A stretch of 64,000 nucleotides of DNA from an uncultured Spirochaetota bacterium. GTDB taxonomy: Bacteria; Spirochaetota; Brevinematia; Brevinematales; JAOACQ01. Below are positions 9,597-19,683 of this stretch, piece after piece. Within the stretch, counting starts at the first letter, position 1, and each line of letters starts with the position of its first letter. The notes below the pieces were generated by a model. The model worked only from the letters and a program-made list of their open reading frames with translations, was not told the DNA's origin and made no database searches. Position numbers and translations under genes: made by a program. Where the stretch lies: assembly GCA_963768055.1 (NCBI GenBank), contig CAVYGN010000002.1, forward strand, positions 896,001 through 960,000, given 5' to 3'.

Positions 9597-9671
9597 AAAT
9601 TTGGTCCTAATCGATTCTTGCCATATTATTTTTGAAATATTAAAATTATTTAAAAAGGCTATGTGGGTAAA

Positions 9672-10472
9672 ATGCCGAAATTTAAAACCAAGTTCCCGGT
9701 AATGCTTATTCATGGCGCTGCCTTCCGGGACGATATTAAATTGTTTAATTATTGGGGAAGAATTCCCAGGGCGCTTCAAGTCCTGGGGGGCGACATATAT
9801 TACAGCGGCCAGGACGCCTGGGGTTCGATCGAGGCTAATGCCGAAACAATTAAAAAGAATGTCCTGGAAGTCCTTTCAAGGACAGGATCGGAAAAGATAA
9901 ATCTTATCGCGCATTCAAAGGGCGGCCTGGAAGCCCGTTATATGATATCGAGCCTGGAAATGGGCGTTCATGTAGCTTCTTTGACCACCATCTCAACCCC
10001 TCACCATGGTTCGAAATTGATAGATCTGGTTTACAACCTGCCTGCATTTTTATTTAAATTTATCTCTTTTATTGTAAATCTTTTTTTTAAAATATTGGGT
10101 GATAAAAACCCGGACTTTTATACCGCCTGCAGGCAGCTTTCGAGCATATACAGCAGGGAATTTAATAAAAAAAATAAAGACGATCCGGGTGTGTTTTATC
10201 AAAGTTATGCCGCAAGGATGAAAAATCCCTTCAGCGATATTTTATATTTTTTACCCTATTTAGCGGTTAAAATAGCCGAGGGAGATAATGACGGACTTGT
10301 CGCTGTGGCATCAGCCCGGCATGGTGAATATAAGGGAATTATCGAAGGAAAGGGGATAAGAGGCGTATCGCATGCCGATGTGATAGACCTGCGGAGGCTG
10401 AATAACCGAAGCTTTAATATTCTTCAGCTGTATACAAAAATCTTTGAAGACCTGAGTGAAAGAGGGTTTTAG
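9672..10472 (+). CDS. Alpha/beta hydrolase, triacylglycerol lipase-like
   Basis: PVMLIHG, AHSKGG nucleophile elbow, TPHHGS, NDGLV, SH. Confidence 0.9.
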   Translation: MPKFKTKFPVMLIHGAAFRDDIKLFNYWGRIPRALQVLGGDIYYSGQDAWGSIEANAETIKKNVLEVLSRTGSEKINLIAHSKGGLEARYMISSLEMGVHVASLTTISTPHHGSKLIDLVYNLPAFLFKFISFIVNLFFKILGDKNPDFYTACRQLSSIYSREFNKKNKDDPGVFYQSYAARMKNPFSDILYFLPYLAVKIAEGDNDGLVAVASARHGEYKGIIEGKGIRGVSHADVIDLRRLNNRSFNILQLYTKIFEDLSERGF

Positions 10473-10609
10473 GAACCGCGAACGGGATTTACGTTGGAGA
10501 CGGAGGCACGTAGGTCATTTACCTGTAAATTCTCTTTCTAACCAATTTTGATAAATCTATTATGCCGGTTTAAAATATTAGAAAAATACCTGTTTTCAGG
10601 AGGTTCGAA

Positions 10610-10888
10610 ATGTTTATTTTAAAAGAGATCGATGAATTGTATGAAAAATTCGCCGGTAATGTTTATAAGCCTGGAAAACTTGACGGTAAAACAAAACAAT
10701 TAATCGCACTGTCGGATTCCGTAATGGCCGATTGCCTTCCATGCATCGAATATCACTATAAAATGGCAGTAAAAGCGGGCGCTTCAAAGGAAGAGATTGC
10801 AGAATCCCTTGCAATTGCAATGTCGGTAAGCGCAGGGAGCAAAAAAGCCAAATATTCGGCCGTAATCGATAAGCTGGAAAAGCAATAG
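10610..10888 (+). CDS. CMD/AhpD-like protein with CxxC
   Basis: LDGKTKQLIAL...DCLPCIEYH...AGASKEEIAE. Confidence 0.9.
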   Translation: MFILKEIDELYEKFAGNVYKPGKLDGKTKQLIALSDSVMADCLPCIEYHYKMAVKAGASKEEIAESLAIAMSVSAGSKKAKYSAVIDKLEKQ

Positions 10889-10998
10889 ACAATGATGCTA
10901 TCCATCCCTCCATGACTTCCTCTGATTTTCTGTTCCCTTGAGTGAAACTTATATTGCCTAACCTATAATATCTGATTATCTTTGCACTGGAGTTATCG

Positions 10999-11421
10999 AT
11001 GAAAAAATGGGAGCATTTTTCCCATATGGCGGATATCGGCATCCGGGGATCGGGCGCGACCGAAACGGAGGCCTTCGAAATGGCTGCGGTGGCTCTTGTG
11101 GCCGTGATCACTGATCCGTCAAAAGTCAGAAATACTGAGAAAGTGCATATAACCTGCCGGGCGCCTGATATTGAATACCTGTTTTACGATTGGATCAATG
11201 CGCTTATCTATGAAATAGAAGTCAGGAAAATGCTTTTCGGTTCATTTGAAATAACCATTGCTAAGAACGGGGAATTAGTTCTTGAAGCCGGGGTTTTCGG
11301 GGAAAATATCGACAGGGAGAGACACAAACCTGCGGTCCTGGTCAAAGGAGCCACTTTGACGGAACTCCGGGTTGAAAAAAGACTCTCTGTATGGACGGCA
11401 CAATGCGTAGTCGATGTATGA
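10999..11421 (+). CDS. Archease (RtcB activator)
   Basis: WEHFSHMADIGIRG, VKGAT, C-terminal VVDV; immediately upstream of rtcB. Confidence 0.92.
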   Translation: MKKWEHFSHMADIGIRGSGATETEAFEMAAVALVAVITDPSKVRNTEKVHITCRAPDIEYLFYDWINALIYEIEVRKMLFGSFEITIAKNGELVLEAGVFGENIDRERHKPAVLVKGATLTELRVEKRLSVWTAQCVVDV

Positions 11422-11441
11422 ACGGTTAGGGGGATGGGTTT

Positions 11442-12875
11442 ATGGAATTAAAAAAACTTGAAAAAAAAAGCGATTTTGAATGGGTGATAAATCCCCATGA
11501 AAATATGCGCGTTCCCGCCGTTATCTTCGCTTCCCGCAGGCTTATCGAAGGGATGGACGAAAAGGTGTACCAGCAGATCACCAACGTCGCAGGCCTTCCG
11601 GGTATTGTCAGGGCTGCATATGCAATGCCGGATGCTCACTGGGGCTATGGTTTCCCCATAGGCGGAGTGGCTGCCTTCGACCCTTCTTCGGGCGGTGTGG
11701 TTTCCGCCGGCGGAGTTGGGTTTGATATTTCATGCGGGGTAAGGATGATAAGGCTCGGAGGCTTGAAAGTATCCGATCTTGGCCCTGTCAGGGAAAAACT
11801 TGCAGACAATCTTTATAAACGTATTCCTGCAGGAATGGGAAGCGAAAGCGGAATAAGGCTTGACAATAAGGAAATGGACAGGATGCTTTCCGGCGGCGCC
11901 GCATGGGCGGTAGAAAGAGGTTATGGCATACCGGAAGATCTCGACAGGATAGAGGAACATGGAAAGATCGGGGGATCCATGCCGGGGGAGGTTTCCGCTA
12001 AATCAAAGGAGAGGCTCAGGGAAGAGATCGGCTCACTGGGTTCCGGGAACCATTACTTGGAGGTCCAGAAGGTGGCAGAGGTTTATGATGAAAAGGCCCT
12101 GAAAGGATACGGGCTTGAAAACGGCGACCTGGTAATAAGCATTCATTGCGGTTCAAGAGGGCTTGGCCACCAGATAGGCACCGACTTTCTGCGCTCCATG
12201 TCCCTTGAGGCCGGAAATTTCGGATTAAAACTTACTGACAGGGAACTTGCCTGCGCCCCGATCGATTCCGATCTTGGGCGTTCCTACATTGGGGCGATGC
12301 GTGCGGGGATCAATTGCGCCCTGGCAAACCGGCAGGTACTGACTCATTTTACCCGGGGTGTGCTGGCGGAACTTTTTCCCGGCCTGTCGGCAGGCCTCAT
12401 TTACGATGTATCTCATAATACATGCAAGGAAGAAGAACATATAATAGACGGGAAAAAGAAGAAGCTCTTCGTTCACAGGAAGGGAGCGACAAGGGCTTTC
12501 GGCCCGGGATATAAAGAACTCACCGGAGAACTTTCGGAAATCGGCCAGCCGGTTCTTATCGGGGGCAGTATGGGCACCTCTTCATACCTGTTATCTGGTA
12601 CGGCGGAAAGTGAGGATAGGGCTTTCAGTTCTTCATGCCATGGGGCTGGAAGGGCCATGAGCCGTCATCAGGCTTTAAAGAACTGGAGGGGTTCAGATAT
12701 TGTCAACGATCTTGACAAAAAGGGGATCCTGATAAGGAGCGCCTCTTACCGCGGCATAGCGGAAGAAGCACCTCTCGCCTACAAGGATGTGAATATAGTC
12801 GTAGAAGACGCCCACAGGGCGGGACTTTCAAAAAAGGTGGCCAGGCTCCTGCCTCTAATCTGCATTAAGCATTAA
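11442..12875 (+). CDS. rtcB: RtcB RNA ligase
   Basis: MPDAHWGYGFPIGG, GFDISCG, GSGNHYLE, HCGSRG, YDVSHN, HRKGAT, CHGAGR all intact. Confidence 0.95.
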   Translation: MELKKLEKKSDFEWVINPHENMRVPAVIFASRRLIEGMDEKVYQQITNVAGLPGIVRAAYAMPDAHWGYGFPIGGVAAFDPSSGGVVSAGGVGFDISCGVRMIRLGGLKVSDLGPVREKLADNLYKRIPAGMGSESGIRLDNKEMDRMLSGGAAWAVERGYGIPEDLDRIEEHGKIGGSMPGEVSAKSKERLREEIGSLGSGNHYLEVQKVAEVYDEKALKGYGLENGDLVISIHCGSRGLGHQIGTDFLRSMSLEAGNFGLKLTDRELACAPIDSDLGRSYIGAMRAGINCALANRQVLTHFTRGVLAELFPGLSAGLIYDVSHNTCKEEEHIIDGKKKKLFVHRKGATRAFGPGYKELTGELSEIGQPVLIGGSMGTSSYLLSGTAESEDRAFSSSCHGAGRAMSRHQALKNWRGSDIVNDLDKKGILIRSASYRGIAEEAPLAYKDVNIVVEDAHRAGLSKKVARLLPLICIKH

Positions 12876-12899
12876 GGGATGAACGCGATAGAGTTGTCC

Positions 12900-13286
12900 T
12901 CAATCTTTCGTATAATTCGTGGCACCCGTAGTTCCTAAATAATAGATTGTAAGCGTATTTTCATCGGCGCTTATCGTGTAGTAATAAGGGGTTGAACTGC
13001 CTCCGGCTGGATAGAGGGTCAGGGTCCCTGACGTATTATCCACGGCATACGAGCCCGTGATATAGGCGGTCAGGCCGTTCTTGAAAGTGTAAGAGCTGTC
13101 GAAAGTGAAGTTATATGTTTCGTTCAGGCTATCGACCCATGTACCGATCAGTCTTGTATCCGTGCTTGAATCCGTGGAATTATCTGACGGCCCGTAAAGT
13201 CCGCACCCGGTGACTGTAAAAAGAATTAATAACTGTACAAGCACCGCTAAAAAAATCGCCTTAGATAAAACAGGCTTTTTATTCAT
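12900..13286 (-). CDS. Ser/Thr/Tyr-rich lipoprotein of unknown function
   Basis: Basic N-terminus, hydrophobic core, VTGC lipobox; LIGTW motif. Confidence 0.8.
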   Translation of the reverse strand: MNKKPVLSKAIFLAVLVQLLILFTVTGCGLYGPSDNSTDSSTDTRLIGTWVDSLNETYNFTFDSSYTFKNGLTAYITGSYAVDNTSGTLTLYPAGGSSTPYYYTISADENTLTIYYLGTTGATNYTKD

Positions 13287-13361
13287 AAAAACAACTCTAT
13301 ATTTATTATATTATTTATCGGCAGTATCGGCAAACAAATGACGGATCAAGTTTAAAACCCT

Positions 13362-14342
13362 TCAGTGATTCAAATACGCCGCGATTATTCTATCCATAGC
13401 CCTGTTCGTTTCTTCGATTACGATCTTTCTCGAAGGGTCCTCGTCGAACCACCCGAGTGTCCGCCTGATCCCTTCGGAGTAGGGTATCACAGCCTTATAA
13501 CCGGGGACAAAGGTTTTTATTTTAGTGTTATCGAAGATCACGCTTTCCGATTTATCCCCGAGGAGGTTCCCGGTATAAGACGGGTCGGCTGAACATATGA
13601 AATCCGAGGGGATATGGACGATTTCAGCCTTTCTGCCCAGGGCGTCCGCGAGTACTGTATAGATCTGGTCCCAGGTCAATATCTCGTCCGACGTTATATG
13701 AAAGGCATGACCGATGGCATGGATATTTCCGATAAGGCCTGTAAAACCTGTTGCGAAATCCTCGGAATGCGTCACGGTCCATAACGATTTTCCGTCTCCA
13801 TGGACTATGATCTTTCTCCCGGAAAGAATCCTTTCCGCAATAGTATATTCTTTAAATCCCCCTATGGCTACAGGGATAACTGTTTCATAAGTAAGGGACG
13901 GCCGGACTATTGTGATAGGAAAATTCTCAATCCGGTAAGCGCCAAGCAGTTTCTCTTCGCAAATGATTTTATTCCTGGAATAATCCCAGTATGGATTGGA
14001 CAACGGGGTGGATTCCGTTATTACGGGCATCGACAGCGGTTTCTGATAAGCCGAGGCCGAACTTATAAAAATATACTGAGAGGTTTTTCCTTTGAAAAGG
14101 GATATGTCCCTCTCGATGTCCCCGCCTGTGAATGCCACCCAGTTTGCCACCGCGTCCCATTCCATCTTCAGAATTTCATCAGGGATGCCTTCGTTAATAT
14201 CGCCCCTGTGAGTAATAACGCCCGGAATCACGGTTTTGTTTATACCCCTGTTAAGGTGATGGAGTTCAAACCCTCTGGAAATGCAGAGCCTGCTGACCGC
14301 GGAGCTTATATTTCCAGTGCCTCCTATAAATAATACCTTCAT
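13362..14342 (-). CDS. NAD-dependent epimerase/dehydratase family (atypical SDR)
   Basis: GGTGNIS, FISSASAY, YSRNK, IVRPS. Confidence 0.9.
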   Translation of the reverse strand: MKVLFIGGTGNISSAVSRLCISRGFELHHLNRGINKTVIPGVITHRGDINEGIPDEILKMEWDAVANWVAFTGGDIERDISLFKGKTSQYIFISSASAYQKPLSMPVITESTPLSNPYWDYSRNKIICEEKLLGAYRIENFPITIVRPSLTYETVIPVAIGGFKEYTIAERILSGRKIIVHGDGKSLWTVTHSEDFATGFTGLIGNIHAIGHAFHITSDEILTWDQIYTVLADALGRKAEIVHIPSDFICSADPSYTGNLLGDKSESVIFDNTKIKTFVPGYKAVIPYSEGIRRTLGWFDEDPSRKIVIEETNRAMDRIIAAYLNH

Positions 14343-14346
14343 GGCC

Positions 14347-14853
14347 CTACCCCTTCCTCTTCTGCGAGGTTTTTACATCTAGAGTCGATTTGAAATCCTG
14401 AAGGTCCCGGATCGAACCGAAATAACTGTGAGGAAGCAGGAGCGCAAGCGATTTACCCGTATATATAAGCATGTAGGTCTTAAAATACGACACCCGCCTT
14501 ATCTCAGCCCACTTAACCAGGTATTCCTCTTTTTCACTCTTCATATTGATGCCCTCTTCAGTCGTTTCATATACCTGTTCGGCCTTCATGGCTTCGCTTG
14601 AGTTGAATAGAGACCTGATCCTGAAAAAAAAGGACGCGAATAGAACTGAGGTGGCGATAATGGCGATAAGAAGCGCTACGATTATATTGGCTGTAAATGG
14701 AGGTATATTGAACTTCTCTCCCAGTGACGAACCGAATTTAAGAGCGAAACACCCCGCCGCGAGTATGACGAACATGATGCTGTATCGCGGGATAGCGAAA
14801 TTCATCTGGTAATTTTTGTAATCCTCGAAAGAGAGCTTGCCTCTTATAATCAT
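14347..14853 (-). CDS. YcxB-like membrane protein
   Basis: Two TM helices then a beta-rich domain (EEGI...KWAEI...LLLP..YF); GGAGG RBS. Confidence 0.75.
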   Translation of the reverse strand: MIIRGKLSFEDYKNYQMNFAIPRYSIMFVILAAGCFALKFGSSLGEKFNIPPFTANIIVALLIAIIATSVLFASFFFRIRSLFNSSEAMKAEQVYETTEEGINMKSEKEEYLVKWAEIRRVSYFKTYMLIYTGKSLALLLPHSYFGSIRDLQDFKSTLDVKTSQKRKG

Positions 14854-14984
14854 AAAAAACCTCCGATAAACAACAAAAATGACAGTGGTTCCGATCATTT
14901 CTGAAAAATATTATAAAAGTGTTCTCTCAAATTCTCAAGGAACCCACAAGGCATGCCAGTATGGCAGGCAATATGGCAGGCACA

Positions 14985-15013
14985 TTGACATACCAGCCTC
15001 CGCGCTTTAAAAT
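14985..15013 (+). promoter_or_regulatory. Sigma70-type promoter of mtaB
   Basis: TTGACA-17bp-TAAAAT. Confidence 0.7.
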
Positions 15014-15030
15014 ACTCTGTTAAAATATTC

Positions 15031-16317
15031 ATGGAGAATAAATTGAAGGTTTATGTAGCGACGATCGGGTGTAAGCTTAATCAGTTCGAATCCGAAGCTC
15101 TTGAGCAGAATTTGAGGTCAAGGGGCATTGCAATGGTTGACAGCCTTGAAGATGCCGATTATATTATAGTTAATACATGTTCTGTGACTAACCGGGCTGA
15201 TGTGAAATCGATACGTATCATGAAAAGGGCTAAAAAACTAGGTAAAAAGGTAATTGCAACGGGTTGCTATAGTACGACTGATTATGATAAAGTAAAAGAA
15301 GCAGGAATTGCAGATATAATTGTTAAAAACGCGGATAAATACTCCATACCTGAAATGATTGAAAATGAAGATCACCCCGGGGATTATTTTCCAGACCCGG
15401 CCGGCAGAAATGAGTTTCCAATCGTCAGGCACTTTAACAGGACAAGGGCCTTTATCAAAATCCAGGACGGATGCGATAAATCCTGCGCATACTGTAAAAT
15501 CCCGGCGGCGAGAGGCAGAAGCAGGAGTATACCCGATGAAATGGCGGTAAATTATGTAAAAGACCTGCTCTTATATGGATACAGGGAGATTGTCCTGACC
15601 GGTGTAAATATCAGCGATTACCGCTTCGGGGATAAATCCCTCTATGACTTATTGAGGTCGATACTTACCTTAAAAGGGGATTTCCGGCTGAGACTTTCTT
15701 CTCTGCAGCCTGATGAATTCGATCCGAGAATTATCGATCTGCTTGATACGGGAAAACTTGCCTCTCACTTCCATCTTTCCCTTCAGAGCGGATCGAGCGG
15801 TGTTCTGAAGAGGATGGGAAGATTTTATTCCCCCGGTTTCTACCTCGGCCTTGTTGAAAAGATCAGGCTTAAACATGAAAGCTGCGGACTTACAACGGAC
15901 ATTATTGCCGGTTTTCCCGGAGAAACGGATGAAGAATTCGGAGAAACATTAAGCCTGGTCGGGAAAGCTGAATTTACAAGGGCTCATGTATTTCCATACT
16001 CGCCGAGGCCGCACACAAGGTCTTTCATCATGAAAGACCTTCCGGATAAAATAAAGAAAGAAAGAGTATCGTTACTTGAAGAAACAGTCTATAGGCATGC
16101 TGCGAGTTTCGCGGAAAGGACGGTCCTTGGCCGGCCCTGCAAAGCTCTTCTTGAGCAGGAGGAGGGCGGAAAATGGACCGGTTATACCTCGAATTATATC
16201 AGGATAAGGACGGGTAAGGCAGGAAGCCCGAACACAATGGCCGACCTGGTTCCCTCGTCTTTATACAGGAACGGACAGCATCTCGAACTTGACGATGGTT
16301 ATTATAATGGGAGATAA
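15031..16317 (+). CDS. mtaB: tRNA t6A37 methylthiotransferase (radical SAM)
   Basis: GCKLNQFES, NTCSVT, TGC; KIQDGCDKSCAYC; HLSLQSGS; HVFPYSPR. Confidence 0.85.
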   Translation: MENKLKVYVATIGCKLNQFESEALEQNLRSRGIAMVDSLEDADYIIVNTCSVTNRADVKSIRIMKRAKKLGKKVIATGCYSTTDYDKVKEAGIADIIVKNADKYSIPEMIENEDHPGDYFPDPAGRNEFPIVRHFNRTRAFIKIQDGCDKSCAYCKIPAARGRSRSIPDEMAVNYVKDLLLYGYREIVLTGVNISDYRFGDKSLYDLLRSILTLKGDFRLRLSSLQPDEFDPRIIDLLDTGKLASHFHLSLQSGSSGVLKRMGRFYSPGFYLGLVEKIRLKHESCGLTTDIIAGFPGETDEEFGETLSLVGKAEFTRAHVFPYSPRPHTRSFIMKDLPDKIKKERVSLLEETVYRHAASFAERTVLGRPCKALLEQEEGGKWTGYTSNYIRIRTGKAGSPNTMADLVPSSLYRNGQHLELDDGYYNGR

Positions 16318-16321
16318 ATTA

Positions 16322-17191
16322 ATGAATATAATAGCCGTGATAAATGGGGAACAAATAACCCGGGAAATGCTTGAGAGAGCAGTCGGGCGTTATATAGTTC
16401 AGCTTAAGGAAGATGAAGAAATTGATTTCAAACCGACACGGGAGAATTACAAATTCATTAAGACTGAAGTCCTTAATTTCCTAATGGAAAGGATACTGTT
16501 ATTGAGACGGGCGGAGAAGGAAGGCGTCATTATTTCAGAAAAAGCGGTGAAGGAAAGAGTAAAGGAGCTCCGTAATAATTTCCAGACGGCGAAGGGATGG
16601 GAAGACAACCTGGCGGCGCTGAAGATCGATGAAGAGGGACTTGCTTCGGAGGTTCAAAACGATTTGATTATTGAAAAATATCTTGACATTAAACTTGGCG
16701 AATCAATGCAGTTCGGGGAAAAAGAACTAAGGGAATATTACATCGAGAACGAGGACATGTTGAAAGACCCCGACCTTTTTACATTCTACGAAGTTCACAC
16801 CGATTCAGCCAATGAGATCAAGGCGGTATACATTCTGCTGGAGAAATACGGGGGTATCAAAGAACTCGGCTTGGAATTGAAAAAAATAGGACTGGCGCCC
16901 CATAATCATAGCGATGTACCCGGAAATCAGCTTTCCGAGGAAATATTCAATGTGTTAAAAGATCTTGAACTCGGAAAGATCGCCGCCCTGGAGTCCCCTG
17001 AGGGCGGTATGACTGTTTTAAAACTGATTAAAAAAATACCGGGTGAAAAACCCGATTTTGATGTAATTAAAGAGAAACTGGTCGAATATCTCATGCACAA
17101 AGCGAGAAAAGAGAACCTCGATTGCGTTATAACAGAGGAAATAGAAAAAGCGAATATCGACTATATTGACATTACCTATCTGGAAAAATAA
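16322..17191 (+). CDS. SurA N-terminal/parvulin-like chaperone without evident signal peptide
   Basis: IAVINGEQIT, EVLNFLMERILLL..A...G, ELREYY; degenerate PPIase region. Confidence 0.7.
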   Translation: MNIIAVINGEQITREMLERAVGRYIVQLKEDEEIDFKPTRENYKFIKTEVLNFLMERILLLRRAEKEGVIISEKAVKERVKELRNNFQTAKGWEDNLAALKIDEEGLASEVQNDLIIEKYLDIKLGESMQFGEKELREYYIENEDMLKDPDLFTFYEVHTDSANEIKAVYILLEKYGGIKELGLELKKIGLAPHNHSDVPGNQLSEEIFNVLKDLELGKIAALESPEGGMTVLKLIKKIPGEKPDFDVIKEKLVEYLMHKARKENLDCVITEEIEKANIDYIDITYLEK

Positions 17192-17197
17192 GGGACT

Positions 17198-19609
17198 TCA
17201 ACCGATTACAGCCTCGACAGTATGGGTTTTCCCGTCGCCGAAGTTGGGAACAGCATTGCCTTTTATTGCTTCCCCGTCTACAATTAAGCTTATTATCCCC
17301 TTGTTTTTATGCGAAGGGTTTTTTATTTGTATACTATATTCGGCTCCCCTGAACAGGCGCTTGAGTTTGAAACCGTCCCATTTTGCAGGAATGCAGGGAT
17401 CGATTTCAAGTCCGTTATATAACGGCCTTATGCCGAGTATATATTTTACAGCTGCCTGGTAAATCCATGAAGAAGTTCCGGTAAGCCAGCTGTTGCGAGC
17501 GAGTCCGAATTGGGGATGCTCGTCGCCGAGGATATTCTGCGCGTAAACATACGGCTCGCATTCATATTCTTCTATAATATCATTTTTAGCTGCCGGATTG
17601 ATCTGGTTATAATATTCAAAGGCCCTGTCTCCATTACCGATTATTGTTTCGGCAATGATGACCCAGGGATTGGTATGAAGGAAAATTCCGCCGTTTTCCT
17701 TTGCCCCCGGGGGGTAGGATGTGATGCCGCCCTTTTCTTTGTCATATTTGTTAAAACCCGGGGTGCTGAGTTTTATTCCCTTGGAAGTATTGAGTATCTT
17801 CCTGACGGATTCGAGAGATTTTCGGGCTCTTTCAGGAGTTGCCATTCCCGAGATCAGCGGCCAGGACTGGGCGTTGATATATATCTTACCATGCTCGTTG
17901 ATATGGCTGCCCATAGGGGAGCCGTTATGATCAAAATACCGGATGTACCATTCCCCATCCCAGCAGTTTTTATTGAAAATCTCCTTGATCTCTTCATAAT
18001 CCTCCCTGTACCTTCCTGCCGATATGCTGTCGCCCAGGAAATCGCAGAGTTCGATCATTTCAAGCAGATCTTTTCCATAAAGATGCGTATTAAAAAGGGA
18101 TTCGGCTCCCGAAGGAAGGTTAACACAGTCGTTCCAATCGGCAAAACCTAAATGAGGCAGATAGTGTTTTCCGGTATCCTTTTTTGTGTAAGCGAGCGAT
18201 CTTTTCATATGGTCCAGTACGGTACTTTTCTCAAGCGGTTTCTTACCCCTGTCTTTTTTATAATAGGGTATGACCTCGTTCAAAAAATCCATGTCCCCGG
18301 TTTCTTTAAGGTAAGCTGTTACGGACAGGACGATCCAGAGGTGGTCGTCGCCGTAATATTGCGGCCTGTTGGGATGATCCGAGGTTTCACCGGAGGACCC
18401 TTCCATGGTCAGGGGATTGAAACTGTGCATTGCATTTCCGGCGTTCTTCTGGGCCATGAGAATTTTTTTGAGAAATTTCCTGCCTTCCCCGGGCATCTTG
18501 TCAAAAATACCCATCGCGTCCTGTAAACTGTCACGGAAACCGATCCCCCTTGTACCGAGCCCCATCTGGTAGTAAGACATATATCTGGACCAGTTCTTTG
18601 TAATGAGGCATTGGCGGGGATTATGAATGTTAAGCATGCTGTTCATATTAGGATCGGGGGTTTCTACCCTCATTTTCGATAGGTAATCTTTCCAGAAAAG
18701 GACTAATTTGGAAAATGCCGCATCTACATTTTCAGGCGCCCTGAACTTTTCTATCCCTTTTCTCGCTTTGTCAAAACTCTTTTCCTGGCCGAGCTGTGTT
18801 ATGAATTCTTTGGTTTCACCGGGTATGAATTCCCCTAATTTATGAAGCAGGGCCCCGATATTGTCGCCCCTATGGGCTTCGTATGAGTCAAGATCGTCTT
18901 TCTGCAGGGACAAGGGATTAGCCCATGTCCCGTATTCATTGTCGCCAAGAAATCTTTTCCTGTCGGATTCAAATGAAGACACCGGATGGTTTGAAGTGAA
19001 ATAATTGATATTTGTATCTCTTCTCATGAAAGCGTACTGGACGAGCGTCAGAAGACCCCCATCTTCGCGGAAACAGCGTGACTGCATTGTTTGAGGCACC
19101 CAATCAGCGTTATTAAACTGTTTAATTGCTTCGAAGTGAGTATATTCCACTACGCTGACCGCGTCAATCCCGATTTTTTTGTCCGTTATATTTGTGATCC
19201 TTGTACGGCGTATTTCCCTGGAGTCGTTTATGGGGACAAAAATGCAGCAATCGGTCCTGATTCCATAAAATTCCGATACAATCCTGACATAACCAAGACC
19301 GATATGGCATTCATATTTATCATATTTATCGAGTGTCGGCACGAAAAACGGGGAAAAAGTCTTGTAATGGCCATTTTGCCTGATCCTGAGGTAAAGAGTT
19401 TCACCCTTGAAATCCGATGAAGGCATCTGCTGAATATATTTTGTTATCCGGTTTAAAGACGGATCCCCTTTGCATAACAGCGCACCCCCGGTATGGTCGA
19501 CGAAACCCCCAAAAGCAAGGGTGCCTATATAATTGATCCATTTTACTGGTGTTTTGGGATTAGTGATGACATATTCGAAATTATTGTCATCGAAGTAACC
19601 GAAGTTCAT
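17198..19609 (-). CDS. GH94 glycoside phosphorylase (cellobiose/chitobiose/cellodextrin type)
   Basis: FGYFDD..EYVIT, GFRDSLQD, DDHLW, ADWNDC, KENGGIF.H, EPYVY.Q, WLTGT; AGGAGG RBS. Confidence 0.92.
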   Translation of the reverse strand: MNFGYFDDNNFEYVITNPKTPVKWINYIGTLAFGGFVDHTGGALLCKGDPSLNRITKYIQQMPSSDFKGETLYLRIRQNGHYKTFSPFFVPTLDKYDKYECHIGLGYVRIVSEFYGIRTDCCIFVPINDSREIRRTRITNITDKKIGIDAVSVVEYTHFEAIKQFNNADWVPQTMQSRCFREDGGLLTLVQYAFMRRDTNINYFTSNHPVSSFESDRKRFLGDNEYGTWANPLSLQKDDLDSYEAHRGDNIGALLHKLGEFIPGETKEFITQLGQEKSFDKARKGIEKFRAPENVDAAFSKLVLFWKDYLSKMRVETPDPNMNSMLNIHNPRQCLITKNWSRYMSYYQMGLGTRGIGFRDSLQDAMGIFDKMPGEGRKFLKKILMAQKNAGNAMHSFNPLTMEGSSGETSDHPNRPQYYGDDHLWIVLSVTAYLKETGDMDFLNEVIPYYKKDRGKKPLEKSTVLDHMKRSLAYTKKDTGKHYLPHLGFADWNDCVNLPSGAESLFNTHLYGKDLLEMIELCDFLGDSISAGRYREDYEEIKEIFNKNCWDGEWYIRYFDHNGSPMGSHINEHGKIYINAQSWPLISGMATPERARKSLESVRKILNTSKGIKLSTPGFNKYDKEKGGITSYPPGAKENGGIFLHTNPWVIIAETIIGNGDRAFEYYNQINPAAKNDIIEEYECEPYVYAQNILGDEHPQFGLARNSWLTGTSSWIYQAAVKYILGIRPLYNGLEIDPCIPAKWDGFKLKRLFRGAEYSIQIKNPSHKNKGIISLIVDGEAIKGNAVPNFGDGKTHTVEAVIG

Positions 19610-19683
19610 TTTTGTTCGCCTCCTAAATTGATGGCCACTACAACCGAATATTTTATACAATTTAGACGGATAAGTCAAACGTA

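Noticed and set aside
10889..10998. Sigma54 (RtcR-type) promoter before archease
   Set aside because: TTGCA is present but the -24 GG element is missing.
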